The notes beneath the pieces were generated by a model. That model was not told where the DNA came from. It made no database searches and saw only the letters and a list, made by a program, of their open reading frames with translations. Positions 13,031 through 27,075 of a stretch of 64,000 nucleotides of DNA are shown in pieces (position 1 is the stretch's first letter; each line of letters opens with the position of its first letter). Made by a program: the position numbers and the translations under genes. The DNA is from Mobula hypostoma (lineage: Eukaryota), in the NCBI RefSeq assembly GCF_963921235.1, contig NC_086109.1, positions 35,962,001 through 36,026,000 on the forward strand. Direction: 5' to 3'.

Positions 13031-13902
13031 AAATACAAAGATCTGATAACTGATCTAATTGATACTATAAATTGAATTTTCTTTTTGCATGGAACATTGT
13101 GACACTACTGCGAAGGATAGCTCTGTTTGTAAATATAATTGTTATCATTTAATATTTCTCCTGGATTTATTCAGTTAAAATGTCTTTTTTTCAATGCCTG
13201 CTCTTTGATGCAATCCACTGAACATATTAGTTATGAACATTTAGTGTGGACAGGATTGGATTTGAATATATTATCCTGTAGTCTAATGACATGATGAACA
13301 TTAGTTGCCTCTGGCGATACATGAAGTTTGGCTACTTATTAAGATAATAGACAGTAAAATGTGCCTGTGGAAATGCACATTCATAAGAGGTCTAAGAAAG
13401 AATAGGAAAGAATAGAAAAAGGAAAAATAGACAAGGACACGCAAAACATGTTTCTTCTTAACTCATGATATCGTTAGATTGGAAATGTTTTCAGAAAATC
13501 TATGGTCAGTTCTTATCATTTTTTTCTGATCATTAAGCTTTTAAAACAAGCTCAAAGTCTGTGAACTATTTGCTTTGTATGCATTTGTTAATTCTGAAAT
13601 TTATCTGCAACTTACTTCAACAACATGTGACAAGTTGCATTTTGATCTTCAGTATTAGAAGTTCAAGACTTCAATTTGAATCTGCTTGAGTTAATTTCAT
13701 GTGAATTAAACTGAAAAAAGCATCTTTTTTTCTGTACAGACAAATTAAAGCTATACAAATTGCTTTTGCATTGGAGAAAGCTGAATTTAATCTGTTAAAA
13801 TTATCAACCAGAAGCTTATTTATAGTGTAGTTTACTTAATATAGTTAAATGATTAGATATATCAAACCTTATTGAGTACTAAGGGGAAATGGTATAAAAG
13901 AT

Positions 13903-14460
13903 CGAAGTTCGAAGTAAATTTATTATCAAAGAAGATTTATTTCACCATATCCAATCCTGAGGTTCACTTTCTTGCAGGTATACTCAAAAAATCTATAATA
14001 CAATACTAACTACAAGAGAAGAAAGACTACTTGGATTTTCAAATGTTCAACCAGTGTGCAAAAGACAGTATATTGTGTAAATACAAAAAAAAAGAAATAA
14101 TAAATAAGTAAGCAATAAATCTCGAGAACATGAGATGAAGGGTCCTTGAAAGTGTATCGATAGGTCATGGGAACATTTCAATGAGGGGGCAAGTGAAGTT
14201 GAGTGAAGTTATTCCCTCTGGCACAAAAGTCTGCTGGTTGAGGAGTGATAACTTTTCCTGAAGCTGGTAGTGTGGGCCTTGAGGATCCTGCACCTTATTC
14301 CTGATGGCAGACAAGAAAAGAGAGCATTTCCTGAATGGTGGGATTCCCTGATGATGGATGCTGCATTCCTGTGGCAAAGTTTCAAGTAGATGTGTTAAAT
14401 GGTGCAGAGGGCTTTACTTGTGATGGTCTGGGACATATCCACTACTTCTGGTAGGATTTA
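13903..14460 (-). mobile_element. Rex1/Babar-type LINE 3' fragment
   Basis: Similar to 36558-37100 and 61815-62390; tail aagttcgaagtaaattttattatcaaag on +. Confidence 0.6.
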
Positions 14461-17400
14461 GAACAATATAGAGCAAAAATGGACAGTGAGAAAATGGCTG
14501 GCTATTGTCAGTGAGTTTCAACAAACATCTTTTCACAGATGCTTTACTGGGAAAAAAACATAAGGGCATCAATAGGGCTTTTAAAAATGTTAGTTTACCA
14601 AAATAAAGTTACTTGTGAAGTTATAAAACAACTAAAACTCTGGATATTCTAAGGCTTTAAGATAATTTTTTAATAAGATCAAAACAAGTTAAAAGGACTT
14701 GCTAAAAGAGGCATTTAAAATTATGTGGTGCTTTGCAGCAATAATTAGGGAGGAAATGTTTTAATTCCAGTTGATAATTCAATAATTACACTATTAAAAC
14801 TGTTGTTTTAATTTATAGAGATACTTCAACATAGCAATCGAGAGCAAACTATCCAAAGGTACTGTATTTCACTCAAGAATTAAAAACTACATAATGCTCC
14901 CTGAGCCCCGAGAGGCAAATGGCCAGAAGTATGGTCAAAGTAGAAGAGATTCAAGAGCTGCTTAAAGTAGTAAAGAGGCGTAGACATGTGGAATGAGATT
15001 TAGGATAGGATTTTCTGATCTCAGGATCTTAGCAAATGAATTCATAGTCACTGTAAGACATGAAATAAATTCAGAGTCAGAAGAGTGAAACGACTTACAG
15101 AACTGAGGAGTTTAAAGAGAAAAGGAAATAAACAGTAAAGCTGTTAAGGATATGAAAATAATTGAGAACATTTAAGATCAAAGTTTTTCTTGATTGGGAG
15201 GCAAGGTTACCCATTGAGCACAGGATGGATTTGTTCACAGTATTTTGTATAGGTTAGGATATGGAACACAGCGTTCTCTATGAGTTCTAGGATGAGGGAG
15301 TCAGTCAGGGGTGTATTAGAATATTTAAATCGAGAGGTAGTGAAGGCACACATGAGTGTTACAGCTGTACATGATTTAAATATCTAGACCTCAATGTGAT
15401 AAAGCAACAAGAAGTCTTGGAGAACTTATGAAGATATGGTCCACTGCTTGCTTTGAGGTCAAAATTGCAAATTTCAAGTTCAGAACAAAAAAGATGGAAT
15501 TCATTTTGACATGCATAGTTGTTGATATGTACAATGTCTGTTGACAAGTAGCTTTTAAAAGGAAACTCTATTAATACTTAAAGGGACATTAAGTTTATGG
15601 GAAAACAGCAGGGAATTGGCAGTGAATGAATAAAGAAATATACACAAAGAGACAAATGATTCTTTGCATCATGCCACAAAAATTCTACACAAATGCACTT
15701 GTGCTAAGCAGGATTTACTTTTACTTAAGAGACCAAAGCAGAAATCTTAGAATTTGATTTCACGTTATATAAGGCAAGTGCATTATTTCTACAAGATTTA
15801 CTATAAATTACTTACTGCAATCATAGGCATCGGAAATATTAGTTATATTACTATGCAGGTTACATGTACTAATTACGTTACTAGTACATTTTATTTCATA
15901 TCCATCCTTGAACCACAAATTTTATTTTTCGTTTTTAATAAATTTTTATGTAATTCTTTATTTGTTATAATTGTTGAATGCTGCTTTTAGTTACATGTAG
16001 TTCCCTGAACAACACACCATAGAAAGTTCCTAATACATATAATGGAACCTGGTGAATAAAGTTGATCCAAGATGCCTACATTATCAAAACAGTGTGCTTT
16101 CCATTTGACACTAATGATTCTACTGGGAGATAATAGAATGTATCCAGTTGACTATTTAGAACAAAAAAATCTTATTAATTTGGATTAATGCTCTGATTTT
16201 ATTTTTTTAATGCAATCAGGAATCTGTTACCGACTTGTTTAATTTTGAGGAGCTGTAAGTTAAACTCACTAACTGCCACAGATCAATGCAATTGCCCCAT
16301 GACGATTCATCAATGTTTCTGCTTTTGTTCACCATCCGGAGACCACCACTAAAGATTTAGTGTGTTAAGAGCTTACTGATAAATAGAGACTTGGAGTTCA
16401 GTGAAGTATCAAACAAGAATTTCAAGTATAATTAAACCTGGAAAATGTTTATGAAAGCAATATTTATGTCATTGTTAGGAGTCCTTAGAACACAGTGGGC
16501 CAGCTTTTCTAAAATCACTGCTCGAAACTAAAATGCCCCTAGGCCACATAGTCTGCCCAGCATGACACTCTACCACTGCAGTGGAGACTGTCTCAACAAC
16601 AGACAGCCATTGGAATAACAGCAATGGCATCTGCAGCCCATTTCCATTCTTCTCCCACAATTCAATTTGTAATTTGTTAAAGATGCTACAGTGATTGCAA
16701 CCATTGAATGTTTGTGAACATCTTCGATACTCAGAATTATTTAGTAAGCCTTGCGACATAGTATGAAGAAAATATCATTACACTGTATTTTGTCTACCTT
16801 TTAAAAAGCTAAGAGGAATGCCCATGCAATAATATTCACTGACACAAACGTCAATAATTTTACTGAAGTAACAAAAGAATAACTGCTTAATTTTCTTCTG
16901 GGACCAAGTTCCCCATCAATACGAATAGAACTACTGTTCTTAAACTGGGTTTAACCTAGCATGGCTCAGCAGGCAGATTTCCCAGCCTAAGAATTTGAAA
17001 GGCTATGGAACATCACACCATCCTGAATGATTCCTTTTGGAATACATCAGAGGAGAAAAGGAGAAAGCACAGGTACAAAGTGCATTTACAAAGCTATCCT
17101 GCACCAGCACTTGATCTGAAGTAGCAGATTCAGTCCATTCCCTCTCTCTTTCTCACTGTGGTAACACAACTGCGAGTTCTTTTAACGGTAATTAGAGATG
17201 AAGCAACAAGTAACAAGATAAAGAAAAATACAAAAATCATTATAGCAAATGATCATCACATTAAAATGCTAATTCTCGTTTTAATTTATCTACTCATTTA
17301 CTATTAACTATGCCTTAAAGGTGAACTGATTGTACTTGACTTTCAACTAATTAGCCGCAAGTGTCTTTCATGTTAGGATTTGGTGAAGATTTATCTAAAG

Positions 17401-18080
17401 CACAATTATTAAGCTGATCTAAAGAAAACAGAACAAAAAAATCATTGACTACCAAAGTCAATAAAAGGTGGTATCATTTTTAAGTAACATTTAAGTCAGT
17501 CAGGTAGTACAAGATATTTACCCCAGCAGCTGGTTTGATTCTTTTAATTACACTATGTCAATGAGATTTGGCAGGTTGTAATTTTGTATCTTGTTTCAAG
17601 CTGTTTTTAATTTAATTATTTCTGCTTGATGCACAGTATAGAATTGCTGGATAATATGCACATTAAAGGACAGATTGAATTTTCCAAGTAAATTTATCCT
17701 GTTTGTTCAGTAATTACATAGTTTTTTGTTCAGGTCTGTTCTTTCATAAAGGAAGCTCTTTTGTATTCAGGTTCATATTGTGTTGATGTAGAATCAGTAT
17801 ATTTAATTTATAGAGTTTTATATTTCTAATTTTTAAGGCAAAGGAGGTCCCCGTGAGTTAAGTGCATAGTTTAATGTGCATTCCATTTATATAAAAAATA
17901 GATCAAAGCAGAGAACAATTTTTAAGTTTACATTTGGATTAAGACTGACAGCAACATGTCTAATTATAATTTCATTAAGTATGATTAAATTCCTTCTTAA
18001 TTTTGAAAGACACACTAAAGTAAATTCAGCAAGCCCCACTCCATCCTTGTATCAGAATAAAAGAGAAAGTTGACACCGTA

Positions 18081-18386
18081 GAAACAAGCACAAAATGCTG
18101 GATGAACTCAGCAGGTCAAGCGGCATCTATGGAAATAAATAAACAGTCGATGTTTCAGGCTGAGATCCTTCTTTAGGACTGGAAGGGAAGAGGGGAGATG
18201 CCAGAATAAACAGGTGAGGGTTCTGGCATCTTCATCCTTCCTTTCCAGTTCTGAAGAAAGGTCTCATCCTGAAATGTCGACTGTTAATTCATTTCCATTG
18301 GTGTTGCCTGACATGCTGAGCTCCTCCAGCATTTTGTGCATGTTGCTTTGGATTTCCAGCATTTGCAGAATATCTTACGTAAATGT
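18081..18386. mobile_element. Fold-back PLE-terminus unit: two inverted terminal repeats, each with a hammerhead motif
   Basis: About 18084-18206 is the inverse of about 18220-18340. Imperfect TSD agttgacaccgta (18068-18080) and agttgataccata (18387-18399). Confidence 0.7.
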
Positions 18387-18691
18387 AGTTGATACCATAT
18401 GTAACTTGCCTCACTCTCTGTGTTTGTCTGAGTGTGTGTAACCACGAGTAAATGTATGTCTAATGTAAATGCATGCTTGCACATTGATTGATCTTATTTT
18501 TTTTGCTTAGAATTTAATAATTGTTCCCAAGTGTAGATGCAACATTGATTAAATGTAGTGTAAAACAGCTCCTCTGACAGTTTCACATCTATGAAGAATG
18601 CCTCCTACTTCACCAGCATGACATGCCCTTCTTCCGACAATTCTCCTACAATTGGTTTGTCAAATACGTAAACCCACATGGTTTGTTGCCT

Positions 18692-19799
18692 CACACGAGG
18701 AATTCTGCAGATGCTGGAAATTCAAGCAACAGACATCAAAGTTGCTGGTGAGCGCAGCAGGCCAGGCAGCATCTCTAGGAAGAGGTATGGTCGACGTTTC
18801 GGGCCGAGACCCTTCGTCAGGACTAACTGAAGGAAGAGCTAGTAAGAGATTTGAAAGTGGGAGGGGGAGGGGGAGATCCAAAATGATAGGAGAAGACAGG
18901 AGGGGGAGGGATGGAGCCAAGAGCTGGACAGGTGATTGGCAAAAGGGATATGAGAGGATCATGGGAGAGGAGGCCCAGGGAGAAGGAAAAGGGGGAGGGG
19001 GGAAAACCCAGAGGATGGGCAAGGGGTATAGTCAGAAGGACAGAGGGAGAAAAAGGAGAGAGAGAGAAAGAATGTGTGTATATAAATAAATAAAGGATGG
19101 GGTACGAGGGGGAGGTGGGGCATTAGTGGAAGTTTGAGAAGTCAATGTTCATGCCACCAGGTTGGAGGCTACCCAGACGGAATATAACGTGTTGTTCCTC
19201 CAACCTGAGTGTGGCTTCAACTTTACAGTAGAGGAGGCCGTGGATGGACATATCAGAATGGGAATGGGATGTGGAATTAAAATATATGGCCATTGGGAGA
19301 TCCTGCTTTCTCTGGCGGACAGAGCATAGGTGTTCTGCAAAATGATCTCCCAGTTTGTGTTGGGTCTCGCCAATATATAGAAGGCCACATCGGGAGCACC
19401 GGACGTACTATATCACCCCAGACGACTCACAGGTGAAGTGTTGCCTCATCTGGAAGGACTGTCTGGGGCCCTGAATGGTTGTAAGGGAGGAAGTGTAAGG
19501 GCATGTGTAGCACTTGTTCCGCTTACAAGGATAAGTGCCAGGAGGGAGATCAGTGGGGAGGGATGGGGGGTACGAATGGACAAGGGAATTGCATAGGGAG
19601 CGATCCCTGCGGAAGGTTGGGGGGGGTTGCGGAGGGAAAGATGTGCTTAGTGGTGGGATCCCGTTGGAGGTGGCGGAAGTTACAGAGAATAATATGTTGG
19701 ACCCAGAGGCTGGTGGGGTGGTAGGTGAGGACCAGGGGAACCCTAGTCCTAGTGGGGTGGCAGGAGGATGGAGTGAGAGCAGATGTGCGTGAAATGGGG
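18692..19799 (-). mobile_element. 5'-truncated Penelope-like element (GIY-YIG region and terminal repeat)
   Basis: Close paralog of 54376-55470. The minus strand encodes RVPLVLTYHPT...HLQRDPTTKHIF and TCESSGVIY...LYIGET. Confidence 0.88.
18789..18824 (-). ncRNA. Minimal type-I hammerhead ribozyme motif with intact core
   Basis: Minus strand reads AGUC CUGACGA A GGGU-CUCG-GCCC GAAACGUC^GACC. Confidence 0.75.
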
Positions 19800-22124
19800 G
19801 CCAGGGTCCGGGATGTCTCTGACCGGGTGCACAACATCCTGGTATGAGAGGGAAAGCAACCAGAAGTCATGATACATGTTGGTACCAACGACGTAGGCAG
19901 GAAGAGGGATGAGGTCCTGAAGTGCGAGTTTCAGAAACTAGGCAGAAGGCTGAAGAACAGGTCCTCAAGGGTGGCGTTCTCAGGATTGCTGCCAGTGCTG
20001 TGTGACAGTGATGGTAAGAATTGGAGGAGATGACAGTTGAATGCATGGCTGAGGAGTTGGTGCAGGGGGCAGGGTTTTAGATTTTTGGATCATTGGGATC
20101 TCTTCTGGGGAAGGTGGGACCTGTACAGATTGGATGGGTTGCACCTGAACTCCAGAAGGAGCAATATCCTTGCAGGTAGGTTTGCTAGCATGGTTTGGGT
20201 GGGTTTAAAATAATTTGCAAGGGGGATGGGACCCGGAGTGATAGAGCAGTGGAAGAAGTGCATGGAGTAAAGCCAGATCTAACATATAAAGAGGCTTTGA
20301 GGAAAGAGGAGCAGAATAAAGGGTGTAAAGGTAGTAATGTAGAATGGCTAAAGTGCGCGTACTTCAATACAAGAAGCATCAGGAACAAGGGTGATGAACT
20401 GAGAGCTTGGATACCTACATGGAATTACGATATAGTAGCCATTACAGAGACTTGGCTGGCACCAGGGCAGGAATGGATTCTCAATATTCCTGGATTTCAG
20501 TGCTTTAAAAGGGATGGGGGGGGTGGGGGGAAGGTGGCATTAACTGGTCAGGGATACTATTACAGCTACAGAAAGGGTGAGTAATATAGCAGGATCCTCT
20601 TTTGAGCCAGTATGGGTGGAAGTCTGGAACTGGAAGGGAGCAGTTACTCTATTGGGAGTATTCTATAGGCCCCATGGTAGCAGCAGCGATACAGAGGAGC
20701 AGATTGGGAGGCAGATTTTGGAAAGGTGCAAAAACAACAGGGTTGTTTTCATGGGTGACTTTATCTTCCCTAATATTGATTGGCACCTGATTAGTTCCAA
20801 TGGTTCAGATGGGGCAGAGTTTGTTAAGTGTGTCCAGGCTGGATTCCTGTCACAATATGTTCACAGGCCGACTAGGTGGAATGCCATACTAGATCTAGTA
20901 TTAGGTAACGAACTGGGTCAGGTCACAGATCTCTCAGTGGGTGAGCATCTGGGGGACAGTGACCACCGCTCCCTGCCCTTTAACACTATCATGGAAAAGG
21001 ATAAAAACAGAGAGGACAGGAAAATTTTTAATTGGGGAAGGGCAAATTATGAGTTTATAAGGCTAGAACTTGCGGGTGTGAATTGGGATGATGTTTTTGC
21101 AGGGAAATGTACTATGGACATGTAGTGGATGTTTAGAGATCTTTTGCAGGACGTTAGGGGTAAATTTGTCCCAGTGAGGAAGATAAAGAATGGTAGGGTG
21201 AAGGAACCACGGGTGACAAGTGAGGTGGAAAATCTAGTAAGGTGGAAGAAGGCAGCATACATGAGGTTTAAGAAGCAAGGATCAGATGGGTCTACTGAGG
21301 AATATAGGGAAGCAAGAAAGGAGCTTAAGAAGGGGCTGCAAAGATCAAGAAGGGGGGATGAGAAGGCCTTGGTGAGTAGGGTAAAGGAAAACCCCAAGGC
21401 ATTCTTCAATTACGTGAAGAACAAAAGGATGACAGCAGTGAAGGTAGGACCGATTAGAGATAAAGGTGGGAAGATGTGCCTGGAGGCTGTGGAAGTGAGC
21501 GAGGCCATCAATGAATACTTCTCTTTGGTATTCAACAATGAGAATGAAGTTGATGACGGTGAAGACAATATGAGTGAGGTTGATGTTCTGGAGCATGTTG
21601 ATATTAAGGGAGAGGAGGTGTTGGAGTTGTTAAAATATATTAGGATGCATAAGACCCCGGGCGTGACAGAATATTCCCCAGGCTGCTCCACGAGGTGAGG
21701 GAAGAGATTGCTGAGCTTCTGGCTAGGATCTTTATGTCCTAATTGTCCATGGAAATGGTATCGGAGGATTGGAGGGAGGCGAATGTTGTTCCCTTGTTAA
21801 AAAAGGTAGTAGGGATAGTTCGGGTAATTATCGACCAGTGAGCCTTACGTCTGTGGTGGGACAGCTGTTGGAAAAGATTCTTAGAGATGGGATCTATGGG
21901 CATTTAGAGAATCATGGTCCGATCAGGGACAGTCAACATGGCTTTGAGAAGAGCAGATCGTGTCTAACAAGCCTGATAGAGTTCTTTGAGGAGGTGACCA
22001 GGCATATAGATGAGGGTAGTGCAGTGGATGTGATCTACATGGATTTTAGTAAGGCATTTGACAAGGTTCCACACAGTAGGCTTGTTCAGAAAGTCAGAAT
22101 GCATGGGATCCAGGGAAGCTTGGA
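19800..22124 (+). mobile_element. CR1 LINE of a second subfamily (ORF1 esterase part, EN, start of RT), missing both ends
   Basis: PEVMIHVGTND; YFNTRSIRNK...AITETW; GDSDH; NYRPVSLTSVVG...QHGF...DFSKAFDKVPH. It stops abruptly at about 22124. Confidence 0.9.
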
Positions 22125-22911
22125 TGTTGAAGTGCCCCAAGAAGTTTGAGTTTAGAAAATGTGCAGCGAGACATATGAGTTAAAAAAGCACAACACGTGT
22201 CTCTTCGGAAGGGGACAGGGATGGCCCAGTTTTTAAAAAAAGGCAGAAAGTAGATGAAATTCATGAATTCATAAACAAGATAAGCAGAAATGGCTGGCTA
22301 CATTGGAAAGATAGACGTGTTTGATTGCACAAACGACAACTGGATTTTGTACACTGAATGGATTGAACAGTATCTTGCAGTAAATGAAATAGCCAATGAG
22401 AAATATAGCAATTTGGCTGAGTGTAATTGATGGAAGAGAATACAGAAGTTTATCTGCTCCAACCCAACCAACTGAAATCAGCTTTGCAGATGTCGAGAAA
22501 GTAATGCAGAATAATTTAGATCCAAAACTACTGTTGGTTGCAGGTTTCATAAGTGGAATCAAAAGTAAGGGAAGTCCATTTCAGTGTATGTGGCTAAATT
22601 GAGAAATTGTCTGAGCAATGTAAACTTAGTGATGGACCTTCTGCAGCACTGAGAGATCATTTACTTTATAGAATCTTACAAGAAGGCATTCAAAATTGGC
22701 TCCTAACTGAGGCATAGCTCACATTTAAAAGAGTAGTTGAAGTTGTTGTATCAATGGAAATGGTAGCCAGTAGCACAGTTGAGTTACAATCAGATTGAAA
22801 GTAAGCATGAACAAAATTGCAATGTCTAAACAGAAACCTGCCTGGAAGAACAAATTGGGTTACCATTGTGGCAGGGTCTCATACACACCAGAGCAATGCA
22901 GATTTTAAAGG

Positions 22912-23669
22912 GTTCAAAGGTTTCAAAGGTACATTTAATGTCGGAAAAAATGTATACAATATACATCCTGAAATGCTTTTTCTTCGCAACCATGCACAAA
23001 AACACAGGAGTGCCCCAAAGAATGAATGACAGATAAATGTTAGAATCCCAAAGTACCCCCCAGCTCTCCTCCCATCCGCACGTAAGCAAGCAACAAACCC
23101 CCCTCCCACCACTGAGCACTCAAGTGTGCAGCAAAAGCAACAGCAAAGACACAGACTTGCAGTACTCCAAAGACTACGCGTTCACCCAGTATTCGACATG
23201 CCAGGCTATCTCTCTCTAATAAGGGAGAAAGAGATGTGTCCATTTCACAACGAGAGGGGAGACATAACAAAAAACTCACTGGTTTACCATATTAAAAGTG
23301 CATTTTGAAACTTCAGGTCTCTGGACACACAGCCAAAGATCTTCTGACTCCCACGATACACCGGTCTATCAGGACACCAACCTTCGATCCGCCCGTTTCC
23401 AGAGCCCCGAGATCCTAGGCCTCCAAAGGCAAGCCAAACTCTTAGGCCGTGCCCTTGGCATGTCAGCTAATTGCCAGTCATGAAACCCTGAGAGCGGGTC
23501 CCATTCCTGCAAAGAAGTGAAATCAGCATCTAATTTCAGGTCAGGGTCATCAAAAGAACTATGAAGGGGAAAATTAGAGATATTAAAGATGGAAATAGGG
23601 CTGTTTCCAAATATGCAAACAAAGGAGTCACCGTTTAGTGCCATCTTGACTAAGCTCCGCCCTCCAAAG
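22912..23669 (-). mobile_element. About 760-bp non-coding retroelement inserted in the Gypsy gag knuckle
   Basis: 8-bp TSD tttaaagg at 22904-22911 and 23670-23677. The minus-strand 5' end reads gggcggagcttagtcaagatggca. The 3' tail is tandem cctttgaa. Confidence 0.7.
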
Positions 23670-25355
23670 TTTAAAGGTGAAACTTGTAAAAGTGCATACA
23701 AGAAGCATGACAGGAAGCCAAAAATAAATGGATTGCACAGAGTAGATAAAAAGATAAAAAGTCAAGTTGCTGTTTCAAAAGGAGCAGTAATCTGCTTTTT
23801 GTTCATGAAAAATCTGATAATTATGACACAGGACTGGGTAGACTTCAGATTTAAAATGTGAAACCTAATAGGAGGCAAGCAATATGGCTTACACCAGGAG
23901 AGAAGGGCAAATTAATTAAAATGGAATGAGACATTGGCCTGACTGTTTCAGTCATTCCACAAGAAGAGTTTGAAAGACATTTCAGAAATACTGAAATGAA
24001 GCCTGCAGGTATCCAACTAAGAACTTGTACTAGAGAAAAGATATTGTAACTCCTGTGGGAATGACATTGTAGCAGTGAAATACAACAACCAACATGCCAC
24101 ACTGGGCTTGTTTATGGTAAAAACAGGAGGGCCATCAATGCGGGGTTATGATTGACTAAGACAACTACAACTTGACTGGAGATTCATCCACCATGTTCAT
24201 GCCACATCCCCTACAATCGAGTCAAGTGAAAGTGAATTAAGAAAGGTACTGGATAATCCCAGAGCAGTGTTCAAAGATGGCAGTGGGTTAAATAGTGTTC
24301 AGTGAAAGTGCCACATGCAAGGTTTACAAATCTCACCTGGTTCCTTATAACATCCGTAATAAAGTAACCACTGAGCTAGATGACATGGAGGCTGAAGGAA
24401 TTCTTTCCAAGGTTGAGTGGAGCCATGGGCAACACCAGTGGTCCAGTAGCCAAGAAGAATGGGTCTGTCAGAATCTGTGGTGATTTTAAGGTCACTATTC
24501 AACCTAGTACTGAATGTAGATTAATACCCTCTGCCAGGATTGATATCTTTGCAAACCTTTCTGGTGAAAAACACTTCAGCAAAGTGGCTTTAGCTGAGGC
24601 CTTCCCACAGATGGAGATGCAAAAAGAGGCCAAAATGTTTCTTACCAAGAACACTCACAAAGAGCTTTATCACTATAAGCGGCTTATTTTTGGAGTAGCA
24701 TCAGCACCTGCCCTCTGGGAGAAGGCTATGGACCAGGTGCTGTAAAGCTACCCAAACACTCAGTGTTGCCTTGATGACATTACTGTTACCAGTAAGGATG
24801 ATAAGGATCATTGCCAATATCTCAAGACAGTGTTAAAAAAACTTAGAAAATTATGGGCACAGATCACAATGCACCCAGTGAGAATTCTTTAAATCAAGCA
24901 TCACTTACTATGGTCACACCACTGATGTACAAGAATTACACAACTGTGCTGAGAAAATTCAGCAGAGGTGAATGCCCCAGGGGCAGAGGAAGTGTGATAG
25001 TTGTGGTTGTTTGTATGATTTGTCAATTATTATAACATGTTTGTGCCAAACCTGGTTAATGTGCTCCGCCACTTGAATGCATTACAAAAGATCAGAAAGA
25101 AATAACAATGGACAAAGCAGTGTGAAGTGGCTTTCCAAAAGTCAAAGAAGTGTACTCACACATTATGATCTACATCGTCATCTCATATGTTATTCATGAT
25201 GGAAGTGAATGCCCCACTGCTTTCACATCACGCTACCTTACAGCTGCCGAGAAAAATTACACACAGATTGACAGAGAGGCCTTGAGTCTGGATTTGGGTA
25301 GTAAAAATTTTCAACCAGTACTTTTATAGGAGAGAGTTTATGCTCATTACTGATC

Positions 25356-27075
25356 ATAAGACACAAGGAACAGGAGCAAAATTAAGCCATTCCGTCCATC
25401 AAGTCTGCTTCACCATTCTATTATGGCTGATCCTGGATCCCACTCAACTCCACACACCTTCCCTCTCGCTATATCCGTTGATGCCCTGACTGTTCAGGAA
25501 ATGATCAATTTCTGCCTGCTGCAATCGTATTGCTTCCTCAGCACTTCCTTCCCATCCAGCTACCTTCGTCTCATCTGCAAACTTTGCCACAAAGCCATCC
25601 ATTCCATTATCCAAATCACTGACAAACAATGTGAAAAGTAGCGGTCCCAATACTGACCCCTGAAGAACACCACTAATCACTGGGATCCAACCAGAAAAGG
25701 CCCCTTTTATTCCCATTCACTGCCTCCTGCTTGTCAGCCACTCCACTATCAATGCCAGTATCTTTCCTGTAACACCGTAGGATTTTATCTTGTTAAGCAG
25801 CCTCATGTGTGGGGCACTTTATCAAATGTCTTCTGAAAATCCAAGTAAATGACATCCACTGCCACTGCTTTGTCCACCCTGCTTGCTACTTCCTCGAAAA
25901 ACTCTAACAGATTTGTCAGGCAAGATATCCCCTCATAGAAACCCTGCTGACTTTGACTTATTTTATCATTAATCTCCAAGTACCCTGAAACCTCATCCCT
26001 AGTAAGAGACTCCCAACACTTTCCCAACCACTGAGGTTAGGCTAACTGGCCTATAATTTCCTTTCTTTTGCCTTCCTCTCTTCTTAAAGAGCGGAGTGGC
26101 ATTTGCAATCTTCCAGTCCTCTAGGACCATGCCAGAACCAAGTGATTCTTGAAAGATCATGACCAATGCATCTGTTATCTCTTCAGCAATCTCTCTCAGT
26201 ACTTTGGGATGTAATCCATCTGGTCCAGGTGACTTATCCATCTGAAGACCTTTAGGTTTTCCTAGTATTCTTTCCTCTGTAATAGGAATGGCACTCACTC
26301 CTGCTCCCTGACACTCACGGACCTCTGGCACACTGCTAGTGTCTTCCACAGTGAAGACTGATGCAAAGTATTCATTAAGTTTAACTGCCTTTTCTTTGAT
26401 CCCTATTACTACCTCACCAGCATAATTTTGAGTGGTCCAATATCAACTCTCACCTCCCTTTTACTCTTTATGTAATTGAAAAAAAATTCTGGTATCCTGT
26501 TTTATATTATTGTCTCGTTTGTCTTCATATTTCATCTTTTCCTTCTTATAGATTTTTTAGTTGCCTTTTGTTCGATTTCAAAAGCTTCCCAATCATCCAA
26601 CTTTCCACCCACTTTTGCTACCTTATATGCCCTTTTCTTGCTTTAATGCAGTCCTTAACTTCCTCTGTTAGCCACAGTTGCTTAGCCCTGCCATTTGAAA
26701 CGTCTTCCTCTGTGGGACATATCTATTCTGCGCCTTGTGAACTGTTCCCAGAAACTTCAGCTATCTCTGCTCTGCCATCATCCCCTCCAGTATCATCCTC
26801 CCATCCAGCTGGCCAAGCTCCTCTCTCATACTTTTGTAATTCCCTTTATTCCATTGTGATACTGATACATGTGAGTTATGCTTCTCCCTCTCAAATTGCA
26901 GTATGAATTCAATCATATTATGGTCACTGTGTCCTAAGGGTTCCTTTACACTAAGTTTCCCAATGAGATGTGGGGTATTACATGACACCCAATCCCAGAT
27001 AACCTTTCCCTGAGTAGGCTCAAGCACAAGCTGCTCTAAAAAGCCATCTTGTAGGCAGTCAACAAATTCCCTCAA
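25356..27075 (-). mobile_element. 5'-truncated, internally deleted CR1 inserted in the Gypsy RNase H region
   Basis: Minus ORFs 26761-27087 (EN end), 25999-26349, 25803-26027 and 25444-25716 (SGVLQGSVLGP...FADETK). The CR1 tail is at about 25356-25400. Gypsy sequence resumes at about 27080. Confidence 0.9.

Noticed and set aside
16475..16759. 94-aa minus-strand ORF
   Set aside because: No recognisable homology. It may be conserved non-coding DNA, which cannot be judged without alignments.
19550..19888. ORF spanning the PLE/CR1 junction as a fusion gene
   Set aside because: It joins antisense CR1 to a PLE fragment, with no sign of selection or a proper start.
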